DNA from: an uncultured Candidatus Rokubacteria bacterium
GTDB lineage: Bacteria; Methylomirabilota; Methylomirabilia; Rokubacteriales; CSP1-6
Direction: 5' to 3'
Assembly (NCBI GenBank): GCA_963754315.1
Contig: CAVWFS010000007.1
Span: 96,001 to 160,000 of the forward strand
DNA length: 64,000 nt
A program made the position numbers and the translations under genes. The notes beneath the pieces are model-generated. The model was not told the origin of the DNA and did not search any database. It saw nothing but the letters and a program-made list of their open reading frames with translations. Positions 18,248 through 28,814 of the stretch are shown in pieces (position 1 is the stretch's first letter; each line of letters starts with the position of its first letter).

Positions 18248-19045
18248 ATGAAGGTGGGAGTCGTCGGACTCGGTGCCATCGGGCGCAAGGTCTGCGAGGC
18301 TCTCGACGCCGGGATCCCGGGGCTGACCTTGGCCGCGGTGACCGCCCGTGACCGCGCGCGAGGCGAGCGCTTCCTGAAGGGTTTGTCCCGGACCTCGCCC
18401 TTCGTCGACCTGGACACGTTGGTGGCCGTATCCGATCTCGTGGTCGAAGCGTCGACCCAGGCGCACCTGGCCGAGATCGCTCCGAAAGCGCTCGGGGCCG
18501 GCCGTCAGCTGGTGGTTCTCTCCTGCGGCGGCCTGCTTGGGCGTGACGACTGGGTGAACCTGGCCGCGGCCAACGGGGGCCGTATCTTGGTACCCTCGGC
18601 GGCCATTGCTGGTCTCGACGGGGTGAAGGGCGCGCGAATCGGGACAATCACGTCCGTCACCATGGAAACGCGAAAACCACCGCGCGGTTTGGAGGGCGCG
18701 CCGTGGATCACCCAGAGGCGAATCGACCTCAGTGCGATCACGGCAGAGACGCTGATCTTCGAAGGATCGGCCCGCGAAGCCTGCCAGGCCTTTCCCGCCA
18801 ATGTCAACGTGGTCGCCGCCCTTTCCTTGGCCGGGGTGGGGCCCGAGCGGACGCGCATCAAGATCTTTGCTGTTCCGGGGCTGGACCGAAATCGACACCG
18901 CGTTCACGTCGAGGGCGAGTTCGGTCAACTGAACGTTGAGATCGCCAACGTCCCCTCGGAGAATCCGCGGACCGGCAAGCTCTCGTATCTGTCGACCATC
19001 GCGCTGCTGCGCGACCTCGGTTCAGCCCTCCGGGTCGGGAGCTAG
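18248..19045 (+). CDS. nadX: L-aspartate dehydrogenase
   Basis: GLGAIG, VVEAS, GLDG, TRKPP, FPANVNV, NPRTG motifs; AGGAGG RBS. Confidence 0.88.
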   Translation: MKVGVVGLGAIGRKVCEALDAGIPGLTLAAVTARDRARGERFLKGLSRTSPFVDLDTLVAVSDLVVEASTQAHLAEIAPKALGAGRQLVVLSCGGLLGRDDWVNLAAANGGRILVPSAAIAGLDGVKGARIGTITSVTMETRKPPRGLEGAPWITQRRIDLSAITAETLIFEGSAREACQAFPANVNVVAALSLAGVGPERTRIKIFAVPGLDRNRHRVHVEGEFGQLNVEIANVPSENPRTGKLSYLSTIALLRDLGSALRVGS

Positions 19046-19097
19046 CGCGCGGACGAACCGGCGGCGACTCGCGACCCCCGACGCTGAGCACTTCGCG

Positions 19098-20036
19098 TCA
19101 GGAGCCGGTGGAGGCTTCGAGGTAGCGCTCGGCTTCGAGAGCGGCCATACACCCGGTGCCGGCCGCGGTGACCGCCTGCCGAAAGACGTAGTCGGCGGCA
19201 TCGCCGGCGGCGAACACTCCGGGTACCGAGGTCTGGGTGGTGCCGGGAACGACCTTGATATAGCCGTTAGGCAGAAGCTCGACCTGGTCACGGAAGAGGC
19301 CAGTGTTGGGGTCGTGGCCGATGGCGATGAAGAGCCCGTCCACGGGGCGGTCCTGCTGGGCGCCAGTCACGACGTCGCGGAGGCGGACACCGGTGACCCG
19401 GCCCTTCTCCACGTCGAAGATGTCGTCAACGACGGTGTTCCAGATGAACTCGATCTTGGGATTCTTGAAGGCGTGCTCCTGCATGATCTTCGACGCCCGC
19501 AAGGTGTCCCGCCGGTGCACCACTTCCACCTTGCGCCCGAGACGGGCCAGATACAGAGCCTCCTCGAGCGCTGAGTCTCCGCCCCCGACCACCATGATGG
19601 TCTGGTCCTTGAAGAAAAACCCGTCGCAGGTGGCGCACGTGGAGACGCCGCGTCCCATCAGCTTCGTCTCCGCCGGCAAACCCAGAAGCTTGGCAGAGGC
19701 GCCGGTCGCGATGATGACAGCGCCCGCTTCCTGCTGCTGCTCGCCCGCCTTCACGATGAACGGGCGCCGGCTGAAGTCCACCGTCGTGACGTCCTCGCCG
19801 ATCATCTCCGCTCCGAACCGTTCCGCCTGCTTGCGCATGACCTCCATGAGCTCCGGACCCATGACGCCGTCCACGAATCCTGGATAGTTCTCCACGAGCG
19901 TCGTCAGCATGAGCTGGCCGCCCGATTGAACTCCGGTGAACATGAGTGGGGCCAGATTGGCGCGGGCAGCGTAAATGGCCGCGGCGTAGCCGGCGGGCCC
20001 GGAGCCGATGATGATGACCTTGCGTGTCACAGGCAT
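19098..20036 (-). CDS. trxB: Thioredoxin-disulfide reductase
   Basis: GSGPAG, GGQL, VENYPG, CATCDG active site, GGGDSA, FAAGD. Confidence 0.97.
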   Translation of the reverse strand: MPVTRKVIIIGSGPAGYAAAIYAARANLAPLMFTGVQSGGQLMLTTLVENYPGFVDGVMGPELMEVMRKQAERFGAEMIGEDVTTVDFSRRPFIVKAGEQQQEAGAVIIATGASAKLLGLPAETKLMGRGVSTCATCDGFFFKDQTIMVVGGGDSALEEALYLARLGRKVEVVHRRDTLRASKIMQEHAFKNPKIEFIWNTVVDDIFDVEKGRVTGVRLRDVVTGAQQDRPVDGLFIAIGHDPNTGLFRDQVELLPNGYIKVVPGTTQTSVPGVFAAGDAADYVFRQAVTAAGTGCMAALEAERYLEASTGS

Positions 20037-20109
20037 CTGGACTGTGTCCTCTCCTTTGTTAGGATGCCCACGCCGGGGCCGGGGATCCCAGCACCAAGGC
20101 GCGGGTTCG

Positions 20110-20862
20110 TCAGGCAGACTCGAGAATGGCTCTCAGCTCGCCGAGATCGTGCACCTCGAACTCTGGAGGTGTGATCCCGGCCGGCAATGGTTCGGCGCCG
20201 CGATTGATCCACACGGCATGCATGCCCGCCCGCTGGGCACCGACGACGTCGATGTCGGCTCGGTCACCCACGAAGAGCGCCTGCGAAGGCGCGACCTGCA
20301 GGCGCTCGAGGGCGTGCGCGAAGATCGCCGGATGCGGTTTGCGCCAGCCGACCTCGTCCGACACCACGATCGCGTCGAAGAGCCCGGCCACGCCGGCTCG
20401 ATCGAGAATGTCGAGGGCGGTCGGGGTGTAGTCGAAGTTCGAGACCACCGCCAGCCGCGAGCGCTCGCTGAGGTCTCTGAGGAGCGGCCCGTGATGGGCG
20501 GGAAAGTCGGCGGCGCGGCCCAGCTCGCGGCGGTGGGTGTCGACGAGATCGGTCACCAGTGTCGGGGGAAGCGCGGCCGGGTCGAGAGCCAGCCGCCGCA
20601 GGAAGTCTCGGAAGCGTTGCGGCGCCGGCACCTCGCGCGCATCGAGCGCACGCAGGCGTTCTGCTTCGCGCCAGCTGTCCCGCAGCGCTCCGTAGCAGGC
20701 TTCCAGGGTGACCCCGGGCGCATCGCGCCCGAGCCGCTCGTGGAGCAGGCGCGCCGTCGTGTGCACTCGCTGGCCGTTGATCTCGACCAGCGGCAAGCGC
20801 GTCGAGTCGAACAGCACGAGGGTGTCGAAGAGGTCGAAGAGGACGGCCGCGTAGCGGGTCAC
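20110..20862 (-). CDS. HAD-superfamily hydrolase
   Basis: FDLFDTL, VVSNFD, RKPHPAIF, VGDRADIDVVGA motifs. Confidence 0.92.
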   Translation of the reverse strand: MTRYAAVLFDLFDTLVLFDSTRLPLVEINGQRVHTTARLLHERLGRDAPGVTLEACYGALRDSWREAERLRALDAREVPAPQRFRDFLRRLALDPAALPPTLVTDLVDTHRRELGRAADFPAHHGPLLRDLSERSRLAVVSNFDYTPTALDILDRAGVAGLFDAIVVSDEVGWRKPHPAIFAHALERLQVAPSQALFVGDRADIDVVGAQRAGMHAVWINRGAEPLPAGITPPEFEVHDLGELRAILESA

Positions 20863-21266
20863 AGCGGCTTCCTTCCCGCGTAGCCCTCGTCGAGCCCATG
20901 CCAGAAGCTAATTGCCTGCTCGCCGTATTTCCAGCAGAGATGGACCTCTTCCCCTCGCCGTAGGTGCGGGAAATCGACGAGGCCGAGGCCGAGGTCTTTG
21001 GGTACGCCACCGAGCTTCTGGATCTCCTCGAGTCCTTTCTGCACGACGCGCGTCGCGCGCTCCGCTGTCTCTCGGTCCCGGCGCCACTGGGTCTGGTCGA
21101 TCACGCCACCTCCCGAGAAGTTGATGCGCTGCCCTTCGGCGTGCAACCGTTCACGGGCCGCCAGGGCGTCCTGTTGGGCGCTCCTGACCCGTTCCATGAT
21201 CGCGGTGAGACGCGGGATGAGTGCTTCGACCTCGGCTGGGGTGAAGTGGCGTGGGGGAGGCGTCAT
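20859..21266 (-). CDS. DUF2203 family protein
   Basis: FTPAEVEALIP, KDLGLGLVDFP, LCWKYGE, WHGLDEGYAGRKPL. Confidence 0.88.
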   Translation of the reverse strand: MTPPPRHFTPAEVEALIPRLTAIMERVRSAQQDALAARERLHAEGQRINFSGGGVIDQTQWRRDRETAERATRVVQKGLEEIQKLGGVPKDLGLGLVDFPHLRRGEEVHLCWKYGEQAISFWHGLDEGYAGRKPL

Positions 21267-21586
21267 GCGTGCGGCGGCGGAGGCGTCACGACGACAAGGA
21301 CGATGAGCGGTGTCGCCCCGCTATTGACGACGCCGTGGACGGCTCCCGCCTTGGCCACCACGGCCTCTCCGGGCGCCACCGCTTCCTCGATTCCGTCGAG
21401 ATGAATGCGGCCGTGGCCCTCCAGGACGACGTAGAGCTTGTCCTGGTCCGCGTGGGCGTGCGGCTTCTGCGTCTGCCCGGGAGCCAAACAGTACAGATCG
21501 ACCAGCACGCGCGGGGTGGACGCGAGCAGAACCTTCGCCATCTTATCAGCCTGCATCGTGACGTGGTCACGCAACCGGATCTTCAT
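21263..21586 (-). CDS. Cupin domain protein
   Basis: PHAH...YVVLEG...HGVVN cupin motifs; ATG at 21586 overlaps glcF stop. Confidence 0.88.
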   Translation of the reverse strand: MKIRLRDHVTMQADKMAKVLLASTPRVLVDLYCLAPGQTQKPHAHADQDKLYVVLEGHGRIHLDGIEEAVAPGEAVVAKAGAVHGVVNSGATPLIVLVVVTPPPPHA

Positions 21587-22848
21587 ATCCCGCGGCTCCT
21601 CTCCCCTGCCTCGACGGCGCGCGCCAGCAGCTCGACCGGGTGCCGGACCTCCAGATCGAGGCGGCGCCGGCGCGCTCCCTTGGCGATCTGCAGGACGCAG
21701 CCGGGGTTCCCGGCGGCGACGACGCGGGCCCCCGTGGCGACGATCCGCTCGAGCTTCATGGCCAGCAGGCGATCCGACATTTCCGGCTCGAGTAGATTGT
21801 AGACGCCGGCGCTGCCGCAACACAGATCACTGTCCTGGAGCTCCACCAGTGAGAGCCCGGGGATACGCGCGAGCAGTGCGCGTGGCTGAGTGCGCACGCG
21901 TTGGCCATGCGCCAGGTGACAGGCGTCGTGATAGGTCACGGTCACCGCGAGGACACCGAGAGGCAACTCGGCGTCCGCGAGCACTTCGGTCACGTCGCGC
22001 GTGCGGCCGGCCAGACGTTGAGCGGCCGCCGACGCCGGCCAGGTGTGACCGTACTCGCGCATGGTGGCGCCGCACCCGGCGGCGTTGGTGACGACGAAGT
22101 CGAGATCGTCCGGGAACGCAACGGTCAGCATCTGGGCGCGCTCACGGTATGGCTCCACCCGCCCTGCATGAAGATCAAGCGCTCCGCAGCAACCTTGGTT
22201 GCGCGGCACCAGGACATCGTAACCGGCCAGGGCGAGGAGGGTCACGGTATCGCGGTGGACCGATGGGAACACGTGGCGCTGCACGCACCCGGTGAGAAGG
22301 CCAACCCGGCCACGGCGCCGTCCGCGCGCCCGTGTCAGCTCCGGGATGGTGATCGCGCGGGGAACATCCGGCAAGAGCGCCTCCATGCCCGCCAGCGATG
22401 ACACGCGCGCGAGCAGACCAGTGCGGCGGACCAGGGAGCGGAGGCCCGTGCGCTGGTACAGTCGCAGGGCAGCCAGCGCCCTGCCCAGGCGGTCCGGATA
22501 CGGGAACAGCGCGAAGATCGCGCGCTCGAGGGACCGCCGGCGCGAGGCCGGGCGGGCAGCTCGGAGCTGGGCACGCGTGGCCTCGAGCAGCGAGCCAAAG
22601 GCGACCCCCGAGGGGCACGCCGTCTCGCACGCGCGACAGCCGAGGCAGAGATCCATATGTCGCGCGAAGCTCTCGCTCAGGGAGGCTCGCCCCTCGGCGG
22701 CGGCGCGCATCAGATAGATCCGTCCCCGGGGCGAGTCCATCTCTTCCCCGAGGACGCGGTAGGTCGGGCATTGGGGCAGACAAATCCCGCAGTGGACACA
22801 CTTGCGGATCTCGTCGAGGCTCGGCGCGAGCGGGGTCACGCCCGTCAC
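21583..22848 (-). CDS. glcF: Glycolate oxidase iron-sulfur subunit
   Basis: CVHCGICLPQCP and CLGCRACETACP ferredoxin motifs, two CCG domains, YHDACHL. Confidence 0.9.
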   Translation of the reverse strand: MTGVTPLAPSLDEIRKCVHCGICLPQCPTYRVLGEEMDSPRGRIYLMRAAAEGRASLSESFARHMDLCLGCRACETACPSGVAFGSLLEATRAQLRAARPASRRRSLERAIFALFPYPDRLGRALAALRLYQRTGLRSLVRRTGLLARVSSLAGMEALLPDVPRAITIPELTRARGRRRGRVGLLTGCVQRHVFPSVHRDTVTLLALAGYDVLVPRNQGCCGALDLHAGRVEPYRERAQMLTVAFPDDLDFVVTNAAGCGATMREYGHTWPASAAAQRLAGRTRDVTEVLADAELPLGVLAVTVTYHDACHLAHGQRVRTQPRALLARIPGLSLVELQDSDLCCGSAGVYNLLEPEMSDRLLAMKLERIVATGARVVAAGNPGCVLQIAKGARRRRLDLEVRHPVELLARAVEAGERSRGI

Positions 22849-24153
22849 AGCCCACCGACGAAGCGGCCGGGATTCAAGATTCCTTCGGGATCGAACTCCC
22901 GCTTGAGGGTCTGCATTAGCGCCAATGGCTCGGGTGCCACCGGGCCCCAGGGATCGACGGCGCGCCGGACGGCGATCGGGGCCCGCTCGACGATCACGCT
23001 CCCCGCCACCGGCTCCACGAGCGCACGTGCTCGCGAGAGCAACGCCACGGCTTCCTCGAGGCCCGCTCCACTCAATTCGGCCCGCAAGGCACCGAGGACG
23101 GCCGAGCCCGTGATGCTAAGGGTGGCTGCCGGCGCGACGTCGGCCGCCGCCCGCTCGAGACCGGTGACGCTATCCGCAAGGACGCTCGGCAATGTTCCCA
23201 CGCGCAAGGTGACCACGTCGGACGAATCGGGACCGGCGCCGTGGCGGGGCCAACGGTCGTGGGCGACCTCGCTCATCACGCCATTCGCCTGGCGTGCTCG
23301 TCCTTCGATTCGAGCCTGCTGATCGAGCACTGAGGCCTCCACGCTGCCCACCGACACCACGATCGCGGCCGCCGCCGGCATCTCGGTCCAGGCTCGGGCC
23401 GCCATCCGGTTGAGCCACTCCACGCGATTCGGTTGCAGGGCCGAGTCCATCAGCGATGCCACGAATGCCTGCGCACTCTGGGCTGCCCCGAACGTCACGA
23501 TCCAAGTCCGTTCGCAATTTGGCAGAGGGTGCAGCCGCAGAGTCAGCTCGGACAAGATCCCCAGCGTTCCCAGCGAACCGACCATGAGCTTGGGAATGTC
23601 ATAGCCCGTCACGGACTTGACCACCTTGGCTCCACCCCAGGTGACCACGCCGTCGGCCTGCACGAACCGGACTCCTAGGAGCAGATCGCGGCTCGTCCCG
23701 TAGCGAACACGAAGCGGCCCGCTCGCATTGGTCGCCACCACTCCCCCGATCGTCCGCGTCGCGGCGCCCGGGGGATCGAGGGGAAGAAACTGCCCCCGCG
23801 CGCGCAGCGGGGCCTCGAGGCGTCCGAGGGTCGCCCCGGCTCCCACGGTCATGGTGAGGTCATCGGGGTTGTATTCCAAGATTCGGTCCATGCGCTGGAG
23901 GTCGACGACGAGGTCGACGCGCGTTGGAGGATGTCCGAGGGCCATCGCACTGCCGCTGCCACGAGGGACGACGACGAGCCTCTCGGCGTGCGCGAGCCCC
24001 AGCAGGGCGCCCAGCTCCTCCGTCGTAGCGGGCGCTGCCACCCAGCGCGGCGACCACACCGTCCACGGTCCGGCCGACCTCGCCGCTTTGCACGGCGTCG
24101 ACACCCACGATGGCGCCGAACGCATCGGACAGCGAGCGGGTGGAAACCGCCAC
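22845..24153 (-). CDS. glcE: Glycolate oxidase FAD-binding subunit GlcE, with a 1-nt frameshift near 24051
   Basis: N-terminus in ORF 23860..24153 (MAVSTRSL...VDGVV), one extra base, then PRWVAAP in ORF 22845..24125; GAKVVKSVTGYD, FDPEGILNPG. Confidence 0.85.
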
Positions 24154-24154
24154 C

Positions 24155-25600
24155 CTAGATCCAGGCTCCCGCCGGCAGTTGAGGCCGGGGAGCGCGGAAA
24201 CTCTCGCCGCAGGCGGGATGGGTTGGCAGCAGCTTGTCGGGGTTCATGATGCCGTCGGGATCGAAGACTCGCCGGAGGCGATACATGAAGTTCAGGTCGG
24301 CGTCGGCGTACTGCAGCGGCAACTTCATGGCCTTGTCCAGGCCGACCCCGTGCTCGCCGGTCACGCTGCCCCCGAGGGCGATGCAGGCATTCATCAACTC
24401 CTCGTTCGCCTGCTTGGCGCGCTCCAGCTCCTCCGGGTCCCGATCGTCAAAGCAGATGAGCGGATGCAGGTTGCCGTCGCCGGCATGAAACACGTTGGCC
24501 AGGAGCACGCGATGGCGCGCGGCGATCGCCGCCATCTCGCGCATGATGTGAGGGAGCTTCGATCGGGGCACAACCGCGTCCTGGAGGAGATACGTCGGGG
24601 CGAGCCGGCCGACCGCGCCCGCGGCCTCCTTGCGGCCCTTCCAGAGGAGGGCCCGCTCAGTCTCGTCCCGGGCTACCCGGACCTCGATGGCGCCCCGCTC
24701 GCGACACAGGGCTGCGGCGCGTTCCCCCTCAACCTCGATCTCGGCGCGCGGACCATCCAGCTCGATGAGGAGCACCGCGGCAGCACCCTCAGGGAATCCG
24801 GCCCCCACGCCCGCATTGATGGCGCCGATCATCACGTCGTCGAGCATCTCCAGGGCGGCCGGGATCATCCCGGCGGCGATGATCGCCGACACGGCCTCGG
24901 CCGCCGCCTCCATCGAGGCAAACGAGGCCAGCGCCGTTTTCACCGCCTCCGCCTCGTGAAGGAGACGGACGAGGACGGCAGTAACCAGGCCAAAGGTCCC
25001 TTCGGAGCCCACCGTGACACCGGTGAGATCGTAGCCGGGTCGATCCGGAGTCTTGCCACCCATCCAAACGAGGTCACCGCTTCCAGTGACGAGCTGGAGA
25101 CCCAGCACATGGTTGGTGGTGATCCCGTACTTCAGGCAGTGAGGCCCGCCGGCGTTCGTGGAGACGTTGCCACCGATCGACGAGACCATCTGGCTGGAGG
25201 GGTCCGGCGCGAAGAAGTAGCCGCGCTCCCTCACGGCGTGGGTCAGCCACAGGTTGATCAGCCCGGGCTGTACGAGGGCGCACCGGTTGGGCAGATCCAG
25301 CTCGAGGATACGGTTCATTCGTGTGGTGGACACCATGACCCCACCGCGCGGGGCCATGGCCCCGCCGATCAGCCCGGTTCCCGAACCGCGGGGAACCAGG
25401 GGCGTGCCTGCCCGTCGACACGCGCGGGCCACCTCGCGGACTTGCTCGGCGGTGGTGGGAAGGACAACCGCGTCCGGGGCGCCCTTGTAGAAGGTGTGCA
25501 TGTCGCACTCGTAGACGAGACGGCCTTCGGAGGACACCACGAGACCGTCGCGTCCGACGATGGCTTCCAGCTCGGCAAGAAAGGCGAGGGTCAGCCCCAC
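24155..25600 (-). CDS. glcD: Glycolate oxidase subunit GlcD (FAD-linked oxidase)
   Basis: PRGSGTGL, APDPSSQ, NAGGPHCLKYG, GSEGTFG, HAGDGNLHP, GEHGVG. Confidence 0.93.
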   Translation of the reverse strand: MGLTLAFLAELEAIVGRDGLVVSSEGRLVYECDMHTFYKGAPDAVVLPTTAEQVREVARACRRAGTPLVPRGSGTGLIGGAMAPRGGVMVSTTRMNRILELDLPNRCALVQPGLINLWLTHAVRERGYFFAPDPSSQMVSSIGGNVSTNAGGPHCLKYGITTNHVLGLQLVTGSGDLVWMGGKTPDRPGYDLTGVTVGSEGTFGLVTAVLVRLLHEAEAVKTALASFASMEAAAEAVSAIIAAGMIPAALEMLDDVMIGAINAGVGAGFPEGAAAVLLIELDGPRAEIEVEGERAAALCRERGAIEVRVARDETERALLWKGRKEAAGAVGRLAPTYLLQDAVVPRSKLPHIMREMAAIAARHRVLLANVFHAGDGNLHPLICFDDRDPEELERAKQANEELMNACIALGGSVTGEHGVGLDKAMKLPLQYADADLNFMYRLRRVFDPDGIMNPDKLLPTHPACGESFRAPRPQLPAGAWI

Positions 25601-25643
25601 GAGTCAGCGCAGAGATTCTCGGTAATGGCGACGCCTAGCCGAT

Positions 25644-25783
25644 TGCGGAAACCCGCCGCGGGCCGATCAAACAGGGCCAGATGCTAGGCGGCGAGGAGAG
25701 GGGCGACTGAGGCGTATGCCGCATACGCCGCAGGGAGGCCCCGACGAGCCAACGACGCAGATGGCCCTGTTTCATCGGCCCGC
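25644..25783. mobile_element. Non-coding palindromic element (MITE/REP-like) flanked by a 9-bp direct repeat
   Basis: 22-bp inverted arms 25658-25679 and 25762-25783 (21/22 match); inner hairpin GGCGTATG-CCG-CATACGCC; CTAGCCGAT at 25635-25643 and 25783-25791. Confidence 0.7.
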
Positions 25784-26817
25784 TAGCCGATCCTCCAGGT
25801 GTCGCCTGAGGTGAGCAGCTTGGCGATGTCACCGGGGCCGCGCTCGCTGAGGACGCGCCGCTCCTGCTCCAGGATGAGATCCTCGTACACCGGTGCGGCG
25901 ATGCTGGAGAACACACCGATCGGCACGGGGAAGTCCGGCGCGAACAGGTCGGCCAGGAGCTTGGCGGCGTTGAGATTCGACTCGTCGTGGATCCAGAGGG
26001 CGCTCTCGGGGACATCCTTCGCGTCGACCACCTGTGGAGTCACGCCGTTCATGATGACCGCCTTGCGGGCGGTGGGCGGGCCGAACAGAAGCGGCTTCCC
26101 CTGCTCGAGCCGTAGTTCGTGCTGAACTTTCGACTCCTTGTCGTAGAGCACGTTCCACGCGAGGTCGTTGTACACGTTGCAATTCTGCAGGATCTCCAGG
26201 AACGCCGCGCCCTTGTGGGCGGCCGCCCGCCGCAACATCTCCTCCATGTGTGGGATGTTGCGGTCGACCGTGCGTGCCACGAACGTCGCTCCACACCCGA
26301 GGGCAAAGGCCAGCGGATTGACGGGCCGGTCGACGGAGCCGAGTGGCGTGGACTTGGTGATCTTACCCAGCTCGCTGGTCGGCGAGTACTGCCCCTTGGT
26401 GAGTCCGTAGATGCGGTTGTTGAAGAGCAGGATCGTCAGGCCCACGTTGCGGCGCAGGACGTGCAACATGTGGTTGCCGCCGATCGAAAGTCCGTCCCCG
26501 TCCCCGGTGACCACGAAGACCTTGAGATCCGGGCGTGCCACCCTGAGGCCGGTGGCGATGGCGGGCGCCCGTCCGTGGATGGTGTGGAAGCCGTAGGTAT
26601 TCATGTAATACGGGAATCGGCTCGAGCACCCGATGCCCGAGACAAAGACGATATTCTCGCGCGGAATGCCCAGATCGGGCATCGACTTCTGGACCGCGCT
26701 GAGGATGGCATAGTCCCCACAGCCCGGGCACCAGCGGACGTCCTGATCGGATTCGAAGTCCTTCTTGGTGTACTTCGGGGTGGGTGTGGCCGCTGCTCCC
26801 GCTCCGACAACGCTCAT
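25783..26817 (-). CDS. korB: 2-oxoacid:ferredoxin oxidoreductase beta subunit
   Basis: WCPGCGD, SGIGCSSR, TIHGRA, GDGDG...NNRIYGLTKGQYSPT TPP motif. Confidence 0.93.
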   Translation of the reverse strand: MSVVGAGAAATPTPKYTKKDFESDQDVRWCPGCGDYAILSAVQKSMPDLGIPRENIVFVSGIGCSSRFPYYMNTYGFHTIHGRAPAIATGLRVARPDLKVFVVTGDGDGLSIGGNHMLHVLRRNVGLTILLFNNRIYGLTKGQYSPTSELGKITKSTPLGSVDRPVNPLAFALGCGATFVARTVDRNIPHMEEMLRRAAAHKGAAFLEILQNCNVYNDLAWNVLYDKESKVQHELRLEQGKPLLFGPPTARKAVIMNGVTPQVVDAKDVPESALWIHDESNLNAAKLLADLFAPDFPVPIGVFSSIAAPVYEDLILEQERRVLSERGPGDIAKLLTSGDTWRIG

Positions 26818-28685
26818 GACTGGCTCCCCAGCAGTTGATCGATCGCCTCGCAGATTTCCTCGGTGGCCAAGGGGAGGCCGCGCACGCGGTTGAAACCCAC
26901 CGCGTCCACCAGGTACTCAGCGCGGAGGATCCGGACGAGCTGCCCGCTGTTGATCTCGGGCACCAGCACCTTACGGTACTCGCGCAGGATGTGACCGAGG
27001 TCGGGCGGCAACGGGTTGAGGTACCGCAGGTGAATCGAGGCCACCGACTTACCGGCAATCTGAGCGCGCTCCACGGCGGCCGTGATGGCCCCGTACGTTC
27101 CGCCCCAGCCCACCACGAGCAGATCGCCGGTGGCCGGGCCATTGATCGACGTGGGCGTGATCTCCTGGGCTACCCGGCGCACCTTCTCGGCCCGCGTCCG
27201 CACCATGTGGTCATGGTTCTCTGGATCGTAGGAGATGTTGCCGGTGACGTCCTGCTTCTCGAGACCTCCGATACGGTGCTCGAGACCGGGTGTGCCCGGA
27301 CGCACCCAGGGACGCGCCAGCGTGGCCGGATCACGAAGGTACGGGAAGAAGCCTTCCTTCTCGGTGCGGAACTGGATGTCGAGCGGGGGCAAGGTTTCCG
27401 GATCGGGAATGAGCCAGGGCTCGGAGCCATTGGCCAGGAAGCCGTCGCTGAGGACCATCACCGGGACCATGTACTTGGCCGCGATGCGCACCGCTTCGTA
27501 GGCGATGTAGAAGCAGTCCCCCGGTGAGGCGGGGGCGAGCACCACGACCGGCGATTCACTGTTGCGCCCATAGAGGGCTTGCATCAGGTCCGCCTGCTCG
27601 GTCTTGGTGGGCAGGCCCGTCGAGGGGCCGCCGCGCTGGATGTCGAAAATGACCAGCGGCAATTCCGCCGTCACCGCGAGGCCGATCCCTTCGCTTTTCA
27701 GCGCGATACCGGGCCCGCTCGATCCGGTCACGCCGATGGCACCCCCAAACGCTGCGCCAATCGCCGCCGTCACCGCGGCGATCTCGTCTTCGGCTTGAAT
27801 CGTCCGGATGCCGAAGCGCTTGTGCATGGCGAGTTCCTCGAGAATGCTGCTGGCCGGGGTGATCGGGTACGCCCCATACACAATGGTCAGCTTCGACCGC
27901 TGGGCGGCGGCGAGCAGCCCCCACGCGAGCGCACGGTTGCCGGTCATCGCTCGGTAGAGCCCGGGCGCCATCTCGGCTGCCTCGATGGCGTAGTGCTCGG
28001 CGAAGATCTCGGCGGTTTCACCGAAGGCGTGTCCGGCTTTGAGCACGCGGGTGTTGGCTTCGGCGTAGATCGTGTTCTTGGCGAATCGCTTCCCGATCCA
28101 CTCGAGCGTGGGCTCGAGGGGGCGGGTGTAGATCCACGACACGAGGCCGAGGGCAAAGAAGTTCTTGGTCCGGTCCCGCTCTTTCGTATTGAGTGACAAA
28201 TCTTGAATCGCCTGGTGGGTGAGGCCGGTCATGTCGATCTTGTGCAGGCGATAGCGCTCCGACAACGTTGCATCGTCGAGCGGGTTACTGGGATAGCCGG
28301 CCTTGGTCAGGTTGCGCTCGTCGAAGGAGGCGGTGTTGACGAGAAGCAGGCCGCCCGGCTTGAGATCACGCAAGTGCACCTTGAGCGCGGCCGGGTTCAT
28401 GGCCACCAGACAATCCAGACGATCCCCCGGGGTGTACACGCGCTGGCTTCCGAACTGCAATTGAAAGCTCGAGACGCCGAAGAGCGTGCCGGCGGGCGCG
28501 CGGATCTCGGCGGGAAAGTTCGGCAGTGTTGCGATGTCGTTGCCGGCCCACGCGGACTCGGTGGTGAACTGCTCGCCCGTGAGCTGCATCCCGTCGCCAG
28601 AATCACCGGCGAAACGGATCACCGCGCGATCGAGCTCTTTCAGTCGCTTCTGGGCACCCGTGACGGGAGCCGCCGTCTCAGTCAT
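26814..28685 (-). CDS. korA: 2-oxoacid:ferredoxin oxidoreductase alpha subunit (gamma-alpha fusion)
   Basis: FAGDSGDGMQLTG, FPAEIRAP, YPITPAS, QAEDEIA, QRGGPSTGLPTK. Confidence 0.93.
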   Translation of the reverse strand: MTETAAPVTGAQKRLKELDRAVIRFAGDSGDGMQLTGEQFTTESAWAGNDIATLPNFPAEIRAPAGTLFGVSSFQLQFGSQRVYTPGDRLDCLVAMNPAALKVHLRDLKPGGLLLVNTASFDERNLTKAGYPSNPLDDATLSERYRLHKIDMTGLTHQAIQDLSLNTKERDRTKNFFALGLVSWIYTRPLEPTLEWIGKRFAKNTIYAEANTRVLKAGHAFGETAEIFAEHYAIEAAEMAPGLYRAMTGNRALAWGLLAAAQRSKLTIVYGAYPITPASSILEELAMHKRFGIRTIQAEDEIAAVTAAIGAAFGGAIGVTGSSGPGIALKSEGIGLAVTAELPLVIFDIQRGGPSTGLPTKTEQADLMQALYGRNSESPVVVLAPASPGDCFYIAYEAVRIAAKYMVPVMVLSDGFLANGSEPWLIPDPETLPPLDIQFRTEKEGFFPYLRDPATLARPWVRPGTPGLEHRIGGLEKQDVTGNISYDPENHDHMVRTRAEKVRRVAQEITPTSINGPATGDLLVVGWGGTYGAITAAVERAQIAGKSVASIHLRYLNPLPPDLGHILREYRKVLVPEINSGQLVRILRAEYLVDAVGFNRVRGLPLATEEICEAIDQLLGSQS

Positions 28686-28814
28686 CGAGGTCCTCTCCTC
28701 TGCCGTCGCACATACCCTTGCCCCTCACCTCGGACAGTCCAACCCTAGTCTAGCGAAGAGGGTCCACCCCGGCAAGGGTTTAGCGTCCGATCGTCCGATC
28801 CCGGCCGATTGGGC

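Noticed and set aside
28714..28779. Inverted repeat ACCCTTGCC/GGCAAGGGT upstream of korA as a riboswitch
   Set aside because: Only a 9-bp stem with a 48-nt gap and no recognisable aptamer consensus; could be chance or an operator.
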